NCBI GenBank assembly: GCA_016699875.1
Contig: CP064989.1
Span: 10,631 to 74,630 of the forward strand
Length of the DNA: 64,000 nt
Source of the DNA: Candidatus Moraniibacteriota bacterium
GTDB lineage: Bacteria; Patescibacteriota; Minisyncoccia; Moranbacterales; UBA1568
Reading direction: 5' to 3'
Of the stretch, positions 46,893-56,717 are shown in pieces. Made by a program: the position numbers and the translations under genes. Position 1 is the stretch's first letter. Each line of letters opens with the position of its first letter. The notes beneath the pieces were generated by a model. That model did no database searches, was not told the DNA's origin, and saw only the letters and a list, made by a program, of their open reading frames with translations.

Positions 46893-47453
46893 TTAATAGC
46901 AGACAGCAATAATAAAGCTGATTGGTAAAGACCACAAGGTATACTTGAAGGTGTTCAGCAACACCGAGTACCATTTACCGGTCAAGCTGTTTTTAATCCA
47001 TAAAAAAATTAACCCGTTAACGGGTTTCACGCCCACTTGACCAACTCCAATGTTCTTAATAGTTGGATATGTAATGCCAGTTATTTCCTGAATAGGTGCT
47101 AAGCAGGCAATAGCAACAAATGTTCCAGCAAGTCCAATCATTACAATAAGCGATAACATTTTTAGAGAACTAAACGCCAATATCGCGTAAAATGTTGTAT
47201 AAAACCCAAACGCAACTCCTAAAAGAGAAAGAAAAGTTAAAATAAATAATGAAATAAGCTCAACTACTACAAAGGATCTCCGTTTATCGAGTCGCCAGTT
47301 TGGCGTATAGAGTGACACAATAGATTGATGCCATTCGAGCCTTTTAATAATGAGGATTTTAAAATATATGATTAAATCAAAGATTAAAATTAATGAAAGT
47401 ATATACAAAAGAACTTCAATGTGGATTGTAAAGATCCGTAATGATAATGACAT
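46893..47453 (-). CDS. Very AT-rich (about 28% GC) hypothetical four-TM membrane protein, probably foreign
   Basis: 186-aa ORF with four hydrophobic segments. Compositional outlier. Sits between the two homologous ATPase 3' ends. Confidence 0.45.
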   Translation of the reverse strand: MSLSLRIFTIHIEVLLYILSLILIFDLIIYFKILIIKRLEWHQSIVSLYTPNWRLDKRRSFVVVELISLFILTFLSLLGVAFGFYTTFYAILAFSSLKMLSLIVMIGLAGTFVAIACLAPIQEITGITYPTIKNIGVGQVGVKPVNGLIFLWIKNSLTGKWYSVLLNTFKYTLWSLPISFIIAVCY

Positions 47454-47523
47454 AACCGTGATATTTTTTAATGCCTAGTTTCAAACTATCAAGATGAAGT
47501 TCCAAAATATCTATCCGCGTCAT

Positions 47524-48366
47524 TCACTTCACCAATTCGTGTTCGCTGCTGGCGAAGACGCGGTTGGTAATGGGCGCGTCGCCAACGAGGGCGCCGTCCA
47601 CAAGGGAGAGCATGCGCTTCCCATGGCGAGCAGTAGTCGATTCGTGCGTCACCAGCACAATCGTCTTTCCTTCGTCGTTCAGCTTCTGCAAAATCGCCAT
47701 AACGGCAAGTCCGGACTTCGAATCAAGATTGCCCGTCGGCTCATCGGCAAAAATAATATCCGGATTATTCACGAGCGCACGGGCAATCGCAACTCGCTGC
47801 ATTTCCCCGCCGGAAAGCTGATTGGTAAAGTAATCGGCACGATGCTCCATTCCAACCGAATGCAGCGCCGCCATAACCCGCTCGCGGTGCGCTGCTTGCC
47901 CCATACCCGCCCAGGCAGAACCCAGGGAGGCAACCATGCTCTTAAGTCCGCCCGACTTCCATACGCCGCGAAAGGTTCGCCGATGAATACCGTATACATC
48001 GTAGAGCATCGGAAGCTCGACATTCTCAAAGACGCTCGTTCGCGGAAGAAGATTGAACGATTGAAAGACGAATCCGAGGCTTTTATTGCGTATCTCGGCA
48101 AGTCGGTCCGTCAGAAGTCGGCTCGTATCCTCGCCAGAGAGAAGGTACTGTCCCGATGTCGGCCGATCCAAGAGTCCCAGCAGATGCATTAGCGTGGACT
48201 TTCCCGATCCGGACGGTCCCATGAGCGCCACAAATTCGCCTCGATCAATCGAAAACGTCGCGCCACGAAGTGCGATGGTCTGCACATTCTCCTCGGATGT
48301 ATATGTTTTCGAAAGATCGCGACAAACAATAAGCGCTCCCATACGTACGCAGTTCAGAAATTTCAC
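47524..48366 (-). CDS. MacB/LolD-family ABC ATP-binding protein (with an insertion of about 30 aa before the signature motif)
   Basis: 'GPSGSGKSTLMHLL', 'FVFQSFNLLP', 'LSGGEMQRVAIARAL', 'IFADEPTGNLD'. The start overlaps the upstream HlyD stop by 4 nt. Confidence 0.8.
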   Translation of the reverse strand: MKFLNCVRMGALIVCRDLSKTYTSEENVQTIALRGATFSIDRGEFVALMGPSGSGKSTLMHLLGLLDRPTSGQYLLSGEDTSRLLTDRLAEIRNKSLGFVFQSFNLLPRTSVFENVELPMLYDVYGIHRRTFRGVWKSGGLKSMVASLGSAWAGMGQAAHRERVMAALHSVGMEHRADYFTNQLSGGEMQRVAIARALVNNPDIIFADEPTGNLDSKSGLAVMAILQKLNDEGKTIVLVTHESTTARHGKRMLSLVDGALVGDAPITNRVFASSEHELVK

Positions 48367-49673
48367 GAAGCATTCGACACCACCTTCTCCCCTTCGGAGA
48401 GTCCCGAACGAATCTCGATCTGACCATCATCACCTCGGAGACCCACGCTTACTTCACGATCTTTGACCGAACCGTCCGGCGTCAACACTCTGGCAAAGTA
48501 TGCGCCATTTTCTTCGCGCAAGAGCCTCGAGGGAATTTCAAGAACATTTTTTTGTTCATCGATATGAATGTCGGAATCGCCACTCATTCCCGGCTTGAGA
48601 CGCGGGTCAACCGATGTAAGACGGAGTTTCACAATATAGTACACAACATCCTGAATCACTGTCGAATCCGGTTTGATTTCAATCACCTCAGCGGGGAGTA
48701 TATCGTTCGAGTCGAAAGCATCGAAAGATATGCCGGCAGACTGTCCAAGCTTTACCTTGGTAATATCCGATTCCGGAACCTTCGCTTCAAGCAAGAGATC
48801 ATACGAAAGCAATTTCCCGAAAGCGCCGGATATTGCCGTCCCGACAACCTCGCCCTTTGAAAAATTCACTTTGGTAACCAGTCCATTGACTGGCGCGACG
48901 ATATCCGCCTTCCTGGCATTGGCCTGCGCGATCGCGAGTGCCGCATCTGCCGATCGTATGGCGCTCGTCTCAATAGTCGTTTGTGCCGAAGACTCGAGCG
49001 TCTCGGTTCTTTCTCGAGCCGCATCCCATGAGTTTTTCGCATATCGAATCGCCGTATCACGATTCTTCTGCGCCGTGTCACGCGCTTCATTTGCCGCCTT
49101 CCGCGCATTGGTTGCGGCGGTGAATGTTAGCTTTGCACTCTTTGCTGTCGAGCTCGATGCACCACTCTCCGATACGACCTGATTGTAATACGACTCCGCA
49201 TCGTCTTCGTAGTCCTTGGCGCTCTCATAAGCGGCATCTGCCGCGCTCACCTTTTGATTCTCCGCCTCTTGCACGGTATCATAGTACGTTTTCAAATCCT
49301 TTTCACTTGCCTGCGCCTCACGAAGCGCATGATCGCTCATGCTCGCATCAGCCCGCGCCCGTTCCAAAGCCGCACTCGCCCGATCCACTTCTCCTTCCAG
49401 AGTTGCCGATTCAAGAGAGGCAATCGCCTCACCGGCTGCTACCTTTTGCCCCTCGGAAACCGCGATCGACTTGATACGTCCGGCTATTTCAAAATTCAAA
49501 TCGATTTCATCCGACGCAACCAGTGAAACGCTTGCCGAGACTGTTTCCGTCACATCGCCTCTCACCACCGATGCGGTTTCGTAATTCGGTGTCGCCGAAG
49601 ATTTCTTCCAATACCAAAACCCGCCTCCGAGAGCTATGATGACAATGATAACAAGCCACTGTTTCAACTTCAT
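48363..49673 (-). CDS. HlyD-family periplasmic adaptor / membrane fusion protein (MacA-like)
   Basis: N-terminal TM helix, biotin-lipoyl-like 'VVRGDVTETVSASVSLVASDEIDLNFEIAGRIKSI', a long Ala/Glu-rich coiled coil, and a C-terminal beta-barrel. Confidence 0.8.
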   Translation of the reverse strand: MKLKQWLVIIVIIALGGGFWYWKKSSATPNYETASVVRGDVTETVSASVSLVASDEIDLNFEIAGRIKSIAVSEGQKVAAGEAIASLESATLEGEVDRASAALERARADASMSDHALREAQASEKDLKTYYDTVQEAENQKVSAADAAYESAKDYEDDAESYYNQVVSESGASSSTAKSAKLTFTAATNARKAANEARDTAQKNRDTAIRYAKNSWDAARERTETLESSAQTTIETSAIRSADAALAIAQANARKADIVAPVNGLVTKVNFSKGEVVGTAISGAFGKLLSYDLLLEAKVPESDITKVKLGQSAGISFDAFDSNDILPAEVIEIKPDSTVIQDVVYYIVKLRLTSVDPRLKPGMSGDSDIHIDEQKNVLEIPSRLLREENGAYFARVLTPDGSVKDREVSVGLRGDDGQIEIRSGLSEGEKVVSNAS

Positions 49674-49686
49674 AGAAAAACGAAGG

Positions 49687-50106
49687 CTATCTTCTTACTG
49701 TCGCTTTGTCCAAAGCCTCATTCACCATATGATCCGCCTCGGTATTTTCCTCTCGCGGAACATGATGAAAACTTACCTTGCCAAACTTTGGAACCTCCTG
49801 CTGTATAAGCGAAAACCAATGCTTCATATGCGGATGCTTTACGCGGTAGCGCCCGGTGAGCTGCCGCATCGCCAGTTCGCTATCCATCCGACATTCGAGA
49901 TGCGTTTCTTTTGCGCGCGCCGTTCCAATAATTTCAATCGTTCGCTTCATACCGGAAAGAATCGCCGCATATTCCGCTTCATTGTTCGTGCCCGTCCCGA
50001 GAAACTCGCCAAACCGAACATCAAGCGTTTCCAAGAACACTCCCAACGCCGACGGTCCCGGATTCCCCCTCGATCCCCCATCCGTATACATCACAATCGT
50101 TTCCAT
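49687..50106 (-). CDS. rnhA: Ribonuclease HI
   Basis: 'MYTDGGSRGNPGPSALG', 'NNEAEYAAIL', 'HVPREENTEADHMVNEA'. Confidence 0.85.
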   Translation of the reverse strand: METIVMYTDGGSRGNPGPSALGVFLETLDVRFGEFLGTGTNNEAEYAAILSGMKRTIEIIGTARAKETHLECRMDSELAMRQLTGRYRVKHPHMKHWFSLIQQEVPKFGKVSFHHVPREENTEADHMVNEALDKATVRR

Positions 50107-50271
50107 CTCAGACAGTACAGGAAATTATTCAAGCACCATTTTTTAAAGTATACCATTTTTCCATTCTAAAAGAAAAACGCCGCGCACTATTTTCTTGGTA
50201 GTTGCGCGGCCAGAGTAATATTCAACAGCGATCTCAATCATGAGAAATTTCCTCGTATCCCTCTCATCTGT

Positions 50272-50871
50272 CTAACGGGAAAGGTGCAAGTGAAAGTCGG
50301 TATTGCTCAATGAAAAGAACCGACGACGAAACCAATCCATCCTTCCCGTCACATAATCATAATCGCCTGCATGTCTCCACGCTATAAAGAACTGAAGCAA
50401 CACATACGCCTCAGGGTGAATAGGGATGTGACCCTGTTTTTTGTAGTGTTCCCTTAGGATTGGGAATTCTTTCAAGAGAGCATGGAGACCTCCGTGGAGA
50501 CAAAACCAACCAACTAGGATAGCCTGTCCATAATCGTGGTGGCTGGGATCCAGTGACAGGTTGACAGCAGTGAAATACCGGTTCACCGGATCAAACATCT
50601 GTTCCGCCATACGACGGCAAAATTCCGCCTCCTGGCACTTCAACGCCTGTTGTTTACGATATTGCGTGAGGAACAGTATTTCCCATGGCTCCATCTCTCG
50701 GAAAGCCTGGCAAGGGTACGTTAGCATATTTCCCTCCTCGAGCTTTGCTCTTTTCGGGTTTTTTGAGTAACAAAAAACCACCTCTACGGGGGCATGTTCA
50801 TCGGTCGGACATGTCGGTCGTATGGTGATTCCCAGATTGTGAAGGAACGAAACCCCTTCACGTTCTATCAT
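50272..50871 (-). CDS. Hypothetical protein
   Basis: About 200-aa ORF immediately downstream of recJ. His/Cys/Trp-rich, no recognisable motif. Start chosen to avoid overlapping recJ. Confidence 0.4.
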   Translation of the reverse strand: MIEREGVSFLHNLGITIRPTCPTDEHAPVEVVFCYSKNPKRAKLEEGNMLTYPCQAFREMEPWEILFLTQYRKQQALKCQEAEFCRRMAEQMFDPVNRYFTAVNLSLDPSHHDYGQAILVGWFCLHGGLHALLKEFPILREHYKKQGHIPIHPEAYVLLQFFIAWRHAGDYDYVTGRMDWFRRRFFSLSNTDFHLHLSR

Positions 50872-50875
50872 CGTT

Positions 50876-52582
50876 TTAGCGCTTCTTTCGAGATATGTCA
50901 AGAAGCCTCAACTCCAGCTTGGTTGAGCCATTCCATCGGTTTTCTTCGAGGTGAAACACCACATCTATTCGTTCGCCTTTCCGGAGATTCCCCCACTCCG
51001 CTCCCATGCCGAATCCGATTGCGCCGAAGGTGCCCTTTTCGGTGGCAAGAGAAAGTTTGAGGTGCTTTTCCCCATTCCCGACAAGACGAGCTTCATCTAC
51101 CGAAACATCGCGGATGAGAAATGTCGGCTCCGGATTCCCAATACCGAAGGGCCCGAGCTTTTTAAGACGATTCGAGAAGTCCCGTGTGATATGGAATGGG
51201 GATATTTCAAGGTCGATATCCAGCCGCACCGTCATATCCGTCTCGGCAAGTTTCCGATTTACTATTCCCTCGAGCCTCTCGGCGAATGTGCCGAGTTTTT
51301 CATTGCGAATGGTCGCGCCCGCCGCCTGGCTATGTCCGCCGAAACGCACCAAAAGATCGGAGCATTCCTCTATCGCTTCGATAATGCTGAGCGCTGGAAT
51401 ACTCCGAAACGATCCGGTGCTTTCCGTTTCGGCCCGATGAAAAACAGCCGTAGGTTTTCCAAGCTCATGCGCGATTTTTCCGGCAACAAGACCGGCAACG
51501 CCCAGAGGAAATTGCTCCCCCGCAGCAAAGATAAGCTTTCGATCGCGATACGCCGTCTCGGCAAGCGCGCGCACATCGTTTGCCGCCGCTTCGCTTACTT
51601 TCTGTCGAGCACGATTCTGTTCCTCAAGTTCGAGAGCGAGCATTCTCCCTTCCGTCCGTTGCTCGGTCATCAAAAGTTCATGAGCCGTCTTTGCATGTGC
51701 CATGCGGCTCGCCGCATTGATACGCGGAGCAATCTGAAAGGCAATCGTCTGCGCCGTCGGAACATGATCCTCATCAATCGGGATTTTCCCAACCGCAAAC
51801 ATCTCCTGGAGACCGATATGTCGAGTCTTTGAAAGCACGATAAGTCCGTATTTTACCAGCACGCGATTCTCTCCAAGAAGCGGCATACAATCCGCTACCG
51901 TACCGATCGCCGCGATATCGAGAAGCCATTTGAGTTCATCCGCCTTCTCCGGAAGAAAAGTTTGGTAGAGAGCGCGCGCCACCGTAAAGGTCGTACCCGC
52001 ACCACAGAGTTCATCGAAAGGATATTTCGATCCTGGCAATTTCGGATTTACAATGGCAAACGCCGCCGGAAGTTCCTCCGGCACATGATGGTGATCGATA
52101 ACGATAACCTCCATGTCGCGCGTCACCGCTTCACGTATTTCAGCATGATTCATCATGCCGCAATCAACCGTAAATAAAAGTTTTACCCCCGCTTCACCAA
52201 AAGCGTTGAGCGCATTGACATGAAGTCCGTGTCCTTCGGTCAATTTGTCGGGAATATACGGAACAACCGCCAGCCCGAGTCGTTCCAATACGCGCCGCAA
52301 GATCACTGACGACGTAACGCCATCCGCATCGTAATCTCCAAAAACGCCGACTGTCTCCTTCCGATCAAGCGCCAATCGAATCCGATCGACCAGCTTCTGC
52401 ATATCGGCAAAAAGGAAGGGATCGTGAAGATCCGCATCATAATTCGGCATCAGAAATTTCTTCCGATCGTCTTCGGTTGCAATGCCGCGGAGTTCAAGCA
52501 GCATCTCAACCGGATCATGAGCCGCCAAACTACTGTCCGCTCTGCTCGAAAGCGAACCCCGTATATTCCACGTATGCTTCAT
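50876..52582 (-). CDS. recJ: Single-stranded-DNA-specific exonuclease RecJ
   Basis: DHH motifs 'VGVFGDYDADGVTSS' and 'VIVIDHHH', and DHHA1 'GGHSQAAGATI'. Confidence 0.85.
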   Translation of the reverse strand: MKHTWNIRGSLSSRADSSLAAHDPVEMLLELRGIATEDDRKKFLMPNYDADLHDPFLFADMQKLVDRIRLALDRKETVGVFGDYDADGVTSSVILRRVLERLGLAVVPYIPDKLTEGHGLHVNALNAFGEAGVKLLFTVDCGMMNHAEIREAVTRDMEVIVIDHHHVPEELPAAFAIVNPKLPGSKYPFDELCGAGTTFTVARALYQTFLPEKADELKWLLDIAAIGTVADCMPLLGENRVLVKYGLIVLSKTRHIGLQEMFAVGKIPIDEDHVPTAQTIAFQIAPRINAASRMAHAKTAHELLMTEQRTEGRMLALELEEQNRARQKVSEAAANDVRALAETAYRDRKLIFAAGEQFPLGVAGLVAGKIAHELGKPTAVFHRAETESTGSFRSIPALSIIEAIEECSDLLVRFGGHSQAAGATIRNEKLGTFAERLEGIVNRKLAETDMTVRLDIDLEISPFHITRDFSNRLKKLGPFGIGNPEPTFLIRDVSVDEARLVGNGEKHLKLSLATEKGTFGAIGFGMGAEWGNLRKGERIDVVFHLEENRWNGSTKLELRLLDISRKKR

Positions 52583-52606
52583 ATCCCAAAGAAAGAGAGA
52601 AGGTTT

Positions 52607-52960
52607 TCAAAACCGGGCACTCTTGTCCAGCGTGAGTTTCTTCTTAATACTCCGCGCACCGCGACGGGCAAGTGAACCCTCGCGATCTTTTGTCTCGGTA
52701 ATCTGTCGTTCGATATCATCAACAACCGCATCGGTTGACGCCTCAACGCTCTCGCTCGTTTCTTCCGAACGAAAAAGTTTTTGCTTCGGCACATCAACCA
52801 TAACTTCGACACGGAATTTCCCTGCTTTGTTCCGGTTGACTTCCACCTCGAGTTTCGAGGTTTCTGGCACAAGTTTTTCAACACGAAGCAAACGCTTCGC
52901 CACATATTGCATCGTCTTTCCGCTCAACTCCACGCCCTGAAACAGAAATCGCGTTTTCAT
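52607..52960 (-). CDS. hpf: Ribosome hibernation promoting factor (RaiA/HPF family)
   Basis: 'MKTRFLFQGVELSGKTMQYVAKRLLRVEKLV...LEVEVNRNKAGKFRVEVMVDVPKQ'. Confidence 0.75.
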   Translation of the reverse strand: MKTRFLFQGVELSGKTMQYVAKRLLRVEKLVPETSKLEVEVNRNKAGKFRVEVMVDVPKQKLFRSEETSESVEASTDAVVDDIERQITETKDREGSLARRGARSIKKKLTLDKSARF

Positions 52961-53041
52961 AGATTCAAGCCTTACCGAATTATCTTTCCTCCTTGGGAAT
53001 ACAGTATAGCACGGCACCCAAAACACATCGAGGGAACCGGC

Positions 53042-53977
53042 TCAAAATCCAACCATCTGAACTTCTTCCCGAAGACGAACATTCGCCTCGGTGCGGACCT
53101 TCTGTTTGATAATACTGGTCAATATAAGGATACTTTCCGCCGTCGCCGTTCCGGTATTGATGATATAGTTCGGGTGGATATCGCTCACTTTGGCGCCGCC
53201 AACCTCCTTGCCACGCAACCCAACATGATCAATCACCCACCCGGCAGGCAATTTATCATCCTTGACCGGCATACCCGTATCGAGTTCAAATTCCCTGCGG
53301 AGCGACGCATCGGAAACAACCGGATTCATAAAAAATGAACCGGCGCACAAGAGGCGCTGCGGATGTTTTGTCTCGCGCGTCGCTATGGTTTCGCGCATAG
53401 TTTTCTCCAAATCATCGGGAGACTGCCCGGGAGCCAGCGACAAAACAGCTGATAAGACAACAAGCTCCGGATGTTTTTTGAAAATGCTCATGCGATAAGA
53501 GAACTCGCATTCCTCCCGCGAGTATTCTCGAACCCGGAACGTCTCGCGATCCAGCGCTCGAACCGATGTCACTGCCGACGCTGTTTCCGCGCCGAAAGCG
53601 CCGGCATTGCCGCGCACTGCGCCACCGATAGTCCCCGGTATTCCGGCAAGCCGCTCAATACCGCCATAGCCGTGGTCCTTCGCACATTCCACGGCCGAAT
53701 GAAGGAGAGTGCCTGCACCGACTCGGAGCCGTCCTTCGCCCATATCAGCAAGATCGCAGAGCTCGATTTTGATCACGAGTCCATCCCACCCGCTATCCGA
53801 GAAGAGCACATTGCTTCCGCCTCCCAAGACGAATACCTTCGTACTCCGATCTTTTGCCCACCGAAGCGCTTCGCAGATATCTTCCTCGGTCTTCGCCTCA
53901 ACAAAATACCGAGCCTTCCCACCGACGCGAAATGTCGTAAGCGGGTGCAAATCCACATATTCTTGCGGAGTCATCAT
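53042..53977 (-). CDS. murB: UDP-N-acetylenolpyruvoylglucosamine reductase
   Basis: FAD-binding 'TTFRVGGKARYF' and 'VFVLGGGSNVLFSD', plus a C-terminal MurB domain. Confidence 0.85.
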   Translation of the reverse strand: MMTPQEYVDLHPLTTFRVGGKARYFVEAKTEEDICEALRWAKDRSTKVFVLGGGSNVLFSDSGWDGLVIKIELCDLADMGEGRLRVGAGTLLHSAVECAKDHGYGGIERLAGIPGTIGGAVRGNAGAFGAETASAVTSVRALDRETFRVREYSREECEFSYRMSIFKKHPELVVLSAVLSLAPGQSPDDLEKTMRETIATRETKHPQRLLCAGSFFMNPVVSDASLRREFELDTGMPVKDDKLPAGWVIDHVGLRGKEVGGAKVSDIHPNYIINTGTATAESILILTSIIKQKVRTEANVRLREEVQMVGF

Positions 53978-54081
53978 AAGAGTTTGTTATATTTCCAAAG
54001 ACGAGATCTGAATGCTCTGCCGCCAAAATCCGAGGGTCGAAACAGAATACGGATATAGCGAACGCGCTCCCGGAATATCCT

Positions 54082-55479
54082 TCACGACAAGACGCCCCGA
54101 CCGACTCGCCACACATCGCCGGCACCCAGAGTCACCAAGAGATCATTGGCTCTGAGGGTCTCTTTGAGAACACGAATCGCCTCTTCCGAAGTCGGAATAT
54201 GCACGGCTCGGTCTGGGCGATATCGATTCATCAGAGCAACCAAATCAGCCGAAGAAACACCCCCAATGCTCTCACGAGCGCTCCCATAGATATCAAGCAC
54301 GATCACGCGATCAGCCGCATCGAAACTCTGTGCAAAATCCTCAAGCAATGCTTTAGTTCGCGAAAACGTATGCGGATGGAAAACAGCAACGATATCTCTC
54401 TCCGGAAAAAGTTCGCGGAAAGCCGAAAGTGTTGCACGGATTTCCTCGGGATGATGAGCGTAGTCGTCATAGACAAGCGCGCCTCGATACTCCCCTACCC
54501 GCTCAAAGCGTCGAACCGTTCCAAAGAAATGCTCCATGCCTCGGCGAATATCATCGACATCGAATTTGAGCTCCAAGAGAAACGCGATAACCGCCGCCGC
54601 ATTCTGCGCATTATGTTTTCCAGCCAATCGGAGACGAAACAAGCCGAGATCTCTCTCTCCTTCGAAAAGACGGAATTGCTGATAAAACGGTCCTTCGCGA
54701 AGAGGCTCGTAATCAGCAATACGAATGTCATTCTCCGACAGAAACCCGTACGAACGTTTCTGTGCACGCGCAGAAGCTGCCACATCGGCAACCGCCGCGC
54801 TATCCCCACAGAAGATCAAGAAACCGTGCGGCGGAATACGGCGAAGGAGCGCGCGAAAAGTCTCGGCATACGACTCCGCATCGGGGAAAAAATCCGGATG
54901 ATCCCAATCAAGACTCGTAAGAAAAACACTCCAGGGTTTATAGTAACGGAATTTGTTTTGATATTCATCCGCCTCCAACACGAAATATTTCCCCGATCCC
55001 AAGAGTGCGTTGCCGCCCCAATTTGAAATGGAACTCCCAACCAAGGCAAGCGGATCGGCATGCAGCGCCTTCAGCGTCTCAGCGAGCAACGCGCTGGTTG
55101 TCGTCTTCCCGTGCGTCCCCGAAACCAGCACGGAGAGCCGCTCTCGCGAGATCGCGCCCACGGCTTCCGGATAGCTCATGAGACAGATGTCCGACTTCCG
55201 AGCACGATCGAAAGCAGCCGCGAGTTCGCGATTGTTCTCGGGCGTATAGGCGGTTGAGTACACGATGCCATCGGCGTCCTCCGGAATATTGTCCGGAGAA
55301 AATCCTTCCGCGTATCGGATACCTCGCCGTCGAAGCACATCATCCGTAAAGAAATGTTCGCTCGTATCGGATCCGCCGACGGAGATATGGCGACCAGAGA
55401 GAATCTCCGCAAGCGCCGCCATTCCGGCGCCTTTAATACCTATCATGTGCACCCGTTTCGTCTCGGCAAGAGATTTCAT
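54082..55479 (-). CDS. murC: UDP-N-acetylmuramate--L-alanine ligase
   Basis: 'VHMIGIKGAGMAALAEIL' and 'VSGTHGKTTTSALLAETL'. Confidence 0.85.
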   Translation of the reverse strand: MKSLAETKRVHMIGIKGAGMAALAEILSGRHISVGGSDTSEHFFTDDVLRRRGIRYAEGFSPDNIPEDADGIVYSTAYTPENNRELAAAFDRARKSDICLMSYPEAVGAISRERLSVLVSGTHGKTTTSALLAETLKALHADPLALVGSSISNWGGNALLGSGKYFVLEADEYQNKFRYYKPWSVFLTSLDWDHPDFFPDAESYAETFRALLRRIPPHGFLIFCGDSAAVADVAASARAQKRSYGFLSENDIRIADYEPLREGPFYQQFRLFEGERDLGLFRLRLAGKHNAQNAAAVIAFLLELKFDVDDIRRGMEHFFGTVRRFERVGEYRGALVYDDYAHHPEEIRATLSAFRELFPERDIVAVFHPHTFSRTKALLEDFAQSFDAADRVIVLDIYGSARESIGGVSSADLVALMNRYRPDRAVHIPTSEEAIRVLKETLRANDLLVTLGAGDVWRVGRGVLS

Positions 55480-55533
55480 AAAAACTGCGGTTCATCCATT
55501 CGAACAAATCCAAATTCCATCGAATACCACGCT

Positions 55534-56706
55534 CTACCGACGGAAAAAAGAAACGATACGGTCGATTAATGTGACACGACTCTCCCGATCGCGGATAAGT
55601 GTTACCAAAGATTCTGCAATTCTTGCCGAAGCATCGGCATGATAGAAACCGCGAATCGAATCAGTCATTCTCTGGCGCAGCACGGCATCATTCAAGAGCT
55701 CTTCTATTTTCCCCGCGAGAAGATTCTCGCCAAGGTTGCTTTCTTCCAAAACAAGGGCGCCGCCGGCACGCGCGATTTCATAGGCATTCATACGCTGTTC
55801 ATCATTCGCGGCCGAAGGAAGCGGGATGAGTATGGAGGGTTTACCAACAGCGGCGATCTCGGAAATCGTATTGGCGCCCGCTCGCGACACAATCAAGCCA
55901 GCGAGAGCGAAAGCATCGGACAACTCACCGGTATCAAAGAACGGCGCCATATGGAGTTTCCCGGTCGTATCGCCGAGAGCATGCTCTTCCAAACGAGAAT
56001 GCGCCTCCTCATAATTCGCTTGTCCGGTCTGGTGGATCACAAAAAAGCGTTCAAGAAGACGCGGAAGAATCCGAACTATAGCTCGATTAATCGCCTGTGA
56101 CCCAAGACTTCCCCCAAGCACCAATAGAGCCAACTTTTCCGGTGGACATCCGAACCGTCCGCGCGCGCGGTCAACATTCCCGAGGAGTAGCCCTTCGCGT
56201 ATCGGATTCCCCGTAATAGCCACCCGGGAAGGCTCGAAAAATCTGGTCGCCGACGGATATGCGACAGCGATACGATCAGCGAACTTCCCCATAATTCGAT
56301 TGGCGACACCCGGTGTCGCATCGGAATCCTGCGTCAGTATCGGGATACGGTACACCCACGCCGCCAAGACAACCGGCACTGCCGCATAGGCGCCCTTGGA
56401 GAACACTGCGTCCGGCATATACCGGTACAGATAGTACAGCGACTGAAAAAAACCGGCGATATTCCTAAAGATATCGCTCACATTACGCAGATCGAAATAG
56501 CGCCGCCACTTGCCGCTCAAGATGCGGATCGATGCGATTCCCGCCTCGCTGATGATTTTCTTTTCCAATTCTCCGGTCGGTCCGAAATACAAAAGTTCGG
56601 TATCATCTCCGAGTTGCGCGCGAAGCTCTTTGGCGACGGGAACCAGCGGGAAAATATGCCCCCCTGTCCCTCCGCCCGCAAGCACAATACGGTATTTTTT
56701 CCCCAT
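55534..56706 (-). CDS. murG: Undecaprenyldiphospho-muramoylpentapeptide beta-N-acetylglucosaminyltransferase
   Basis: 'IVLAGGGTGGHIFPLVPVAKEL' with GT28 N- and C-terminal domains. Confidence 0.85.
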   Translation of the reverse strand: MGKKYRIVLAGGGTGGHIFPLVPVAKELRAQLGDDTELLYFGPTGELEKKIISEAGIASIRILSGKWRRYFDLRNVSDIFRNIAGFFQSLYYLYRYMPDAVFSKGAYAAVPVVLAAWVYRIPILTQDSDATPGVANRIMGKFADRIAVAYPSATRFFEPSRVAITGNPIREGLLLGNVDRARGRFGCPPEKLALLVLGGSLGSQAINRAIVRILPRLLERFFVIHQTGQANYEEAHSRLEEHALGDTTGKLHMAPFFDTGELSDAFALAGLIVSRAGANTISEIAAVGKPSILIPLPSAANDEQRMNAYEIARAGGALVLEESNLGENLLAGKIEELLNDAVLRQRMTDSIRGFYHADASARIAESLVTLIRDRESRVTLIDRIVSFFRR

Positions 56707-56717
56707 AGAAATAGACT

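Noticed and set aside
50951-51832. 293-aa plus-strand ORF and several others antisense to recJ
   Set aside because: They lie entirely within recJ, which has unambiguous DHH/DHHA1 motifs on the minus strand. No independent signals.
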